DNA from: Macrostomum lignano
Taxonomy: Eukaryota
NCBI GenBank assembly: GCA_002269645.1
Contig: NIVC01000758.1
Span: 372,001 to 436,000, forward strand
Direction of reading: 5' to 3'
DNA: 64,000 bases
Shown: in pieces, positions 62,322 through 64,000 of the stretch
Layout: the number at the start of each line of letters is the position of its first letter
Position numbering within the stretch: the stretch's first letter is position 1
The notes under the pieces: generated by a model
The model's database searches: none
The model's input: the letters and a program-made list of their open reading frames with translations, nothing else
Told to the model about the DNA's origin: nothing
Made by a program: the position numbers and the translations under genes

Positions 62322-63795
62322 GTGTGTTTACTATGCACCAGGTGTGTTTACTATGCACCAGGTGTGTTTACTATGCATCAGGTGTGTTTACTATGCACCA
62401 GGTGTGTTTACTATGCATCAGGTGTGTTTACTATGCATCAGGTGTGTTTACTATGCACCAGGTGTGTTTACTGTGCACCAGGTGTGTTTACTATGCACCA
62501 GGTGTGTTTACTATACATCAAGTGTGTTTACTATGCACCAGGTGTGTTTACTATGCACCAGGTGTGTTTACTATGCACCAGGTGTGTTTACTATGCATCA
62601 GGTGTGTTTACTATGCACCAGGTGTGTTTACTATGCATCAGATGTGTTTACTATGCATCAGGTGTGTTTACTATGCACCAGGTGTGTTTACTATGCATCA
62701 GGTGTGTTTACTATGCACCAGGTGTGTTTACTATGCACCAGGTGTGTTTACTATACATCAGGTGTGTTTACTATGCACCAGGTGTGTTTACTATGCATCA
62801 GGTGTGTTTACTATGCACCAGGTGTGTTTACTATGCACCAGGTGTGTTTACTATGCACCAGGTGTGTTTACTATGCACCAGGTGTGTTTACCATGCACCA
62901 GGTGTGTTTACTATGCACCAGGTGTGTTTACTATGCACCAGGTGTGTTTACTATACATCAAGTGTGTTTACTATGCACCAGGTGTGTTTACTATGCACCA
63001 GGTGTGTTTACTATGCACCAGGTGTGTTTACTATGCACCAGGTGTGTTTACTATGCACCAGGTGTGTTTACTATGCACCAGGTGTGTTTACTATGCACCA
63101 GGTGTGTTTACTATGCACCAGGTGTGTTTACTATGCAACAGGTGTGTTTACTATGCACCAGGTGTGTTTACTATACATCAGGTGTGTTTACTATGCACCA
63201 GGTGTGTTTACTATGCACCAGGTGTGTTTACTATGCATCAGGTGTGTTTACTATGCACCAGGTGTGTTTACTATGCACCAGGTGTGTTTACTATGCACCA
63301 GGTGTGTTTACTATGCACCAGGTGTGTTTACCATGCACCAGGTGTGTTTACTATGCACCAGGTGTGTTTACTATGCACCAGGTGTGTTTACTATACATCA
63401 AGTGTGTTTACTATGCACCAGGTGTGTTTACTATGCACCAGGTGTGTTTACTATGCACCAGGTGTGTTTACTATGCACCAGGTGTGTTTACTATGCACCA
63501 GGTGTGTTTACTATGCACCAGGTGTGTTTACTATGCACCAGGTGTGTTTACTATGCACCAGGTGTGTTTACTATGCAACAGGTGTGTTTACTATGCACCA
63601 GGTGTGTTTACTATACATCAGGTGTGTTTACTATGCACCAGGTGTGTTTACTATGCACCAGGTGTGTTTACTATGCACCAGGTGTGTTTACTATGCACCA
63701 GGTGTGTTTACTATACATCAGGTGTGTTTACTATGCATCAGGTGTGTTTACTATGCACCAGGTGTGTTTACTATGCATCAGGTGTGTTTACTATG
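62306..63795 (+). repeat. 20 bp minisatellite built from the RUSF1 exon end and donor (GTTTACTATGCACCAG|GTGT), ~74 copies
   Basis: First copy overlaps the last 16 coding nt of exon 2. Confidence 0.97.
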
Positions 63796-64000
63796 GGTGT
63801 GTCCGTAGCCAATGGGTTTCACAGGGACATTCACGAGATGTCGCGTCGAGGTGTCGTGGCGGTTTCGTGTCCCATGGTCGATAACTGGGTGGGGAATTAG
63901 AGTTAGCAGCCTAAGGCCAAGGAAGGAACTCAAGCCTCCCGGGGTGTCGGCCAGTCTGTTAAATACGCTGTCAGTTAGATACAATTATTGTAAAACAGGA

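Noticed and set aside
62322-63795. Intron gain by tandem duplication of AG|GT (Rogers model)
   Set aside because: Sequence after the last unit does not resume RUS1 coding, so the intron pre-existed; the same holds for PTPDC1
61911-63900. A 657-aa Cys/Tyr-rich protein as predicted by the ORF track
   Set aside because: RUS1 homology ends at FTMHQ with a GT donor; the rest is repeat read-through (kept only as a possible splice-isoform insert)

Overview
Eukaryotic (animal) genomic DNA with GC-rich exons, AT-rich intergenic tracts and many unrelated tandem arrays (roughly a quarter of the window by hand estimate). The style and a two-domain small HSP suggest a flatworm such as Macrostomum (inference). 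Genes modelled by hand: an intronless double alpha-crystallin sHSP with TATA box and two perfect HSEs, a peroxisomal ABCD transporter (4 exons), a GPI-anchored Ly6/three-finger protein, PTPDC1 (7 exons), SMG9 (5 exons), the 5' part of RUSF1/RUS1, and three unidentified genes. Mobile DNA: a near full-length Ingi/I-group-like LINE (APE with an inserted PHD-like finger, RT, RNase H; 14-bp TSD) next to an older truncated relative, an internally deleted Mag-type Gypsy element with an in-frame Gag-integrase fusion, and hAT-type MITEs. Two standout observations. (1) In three genes (RUSF1, PTPDC1, SMG9) a tandem array is built from the exon 3' end plus the 5' splice donor, giving about 5 to 74 tandem donor copies. 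(2) Two divergent LINEs abut the same position of a shared 24-nt motif, suggesting target-site specificity. Several 1-nt frameshifts at C/G runs probably reflect assembly error.
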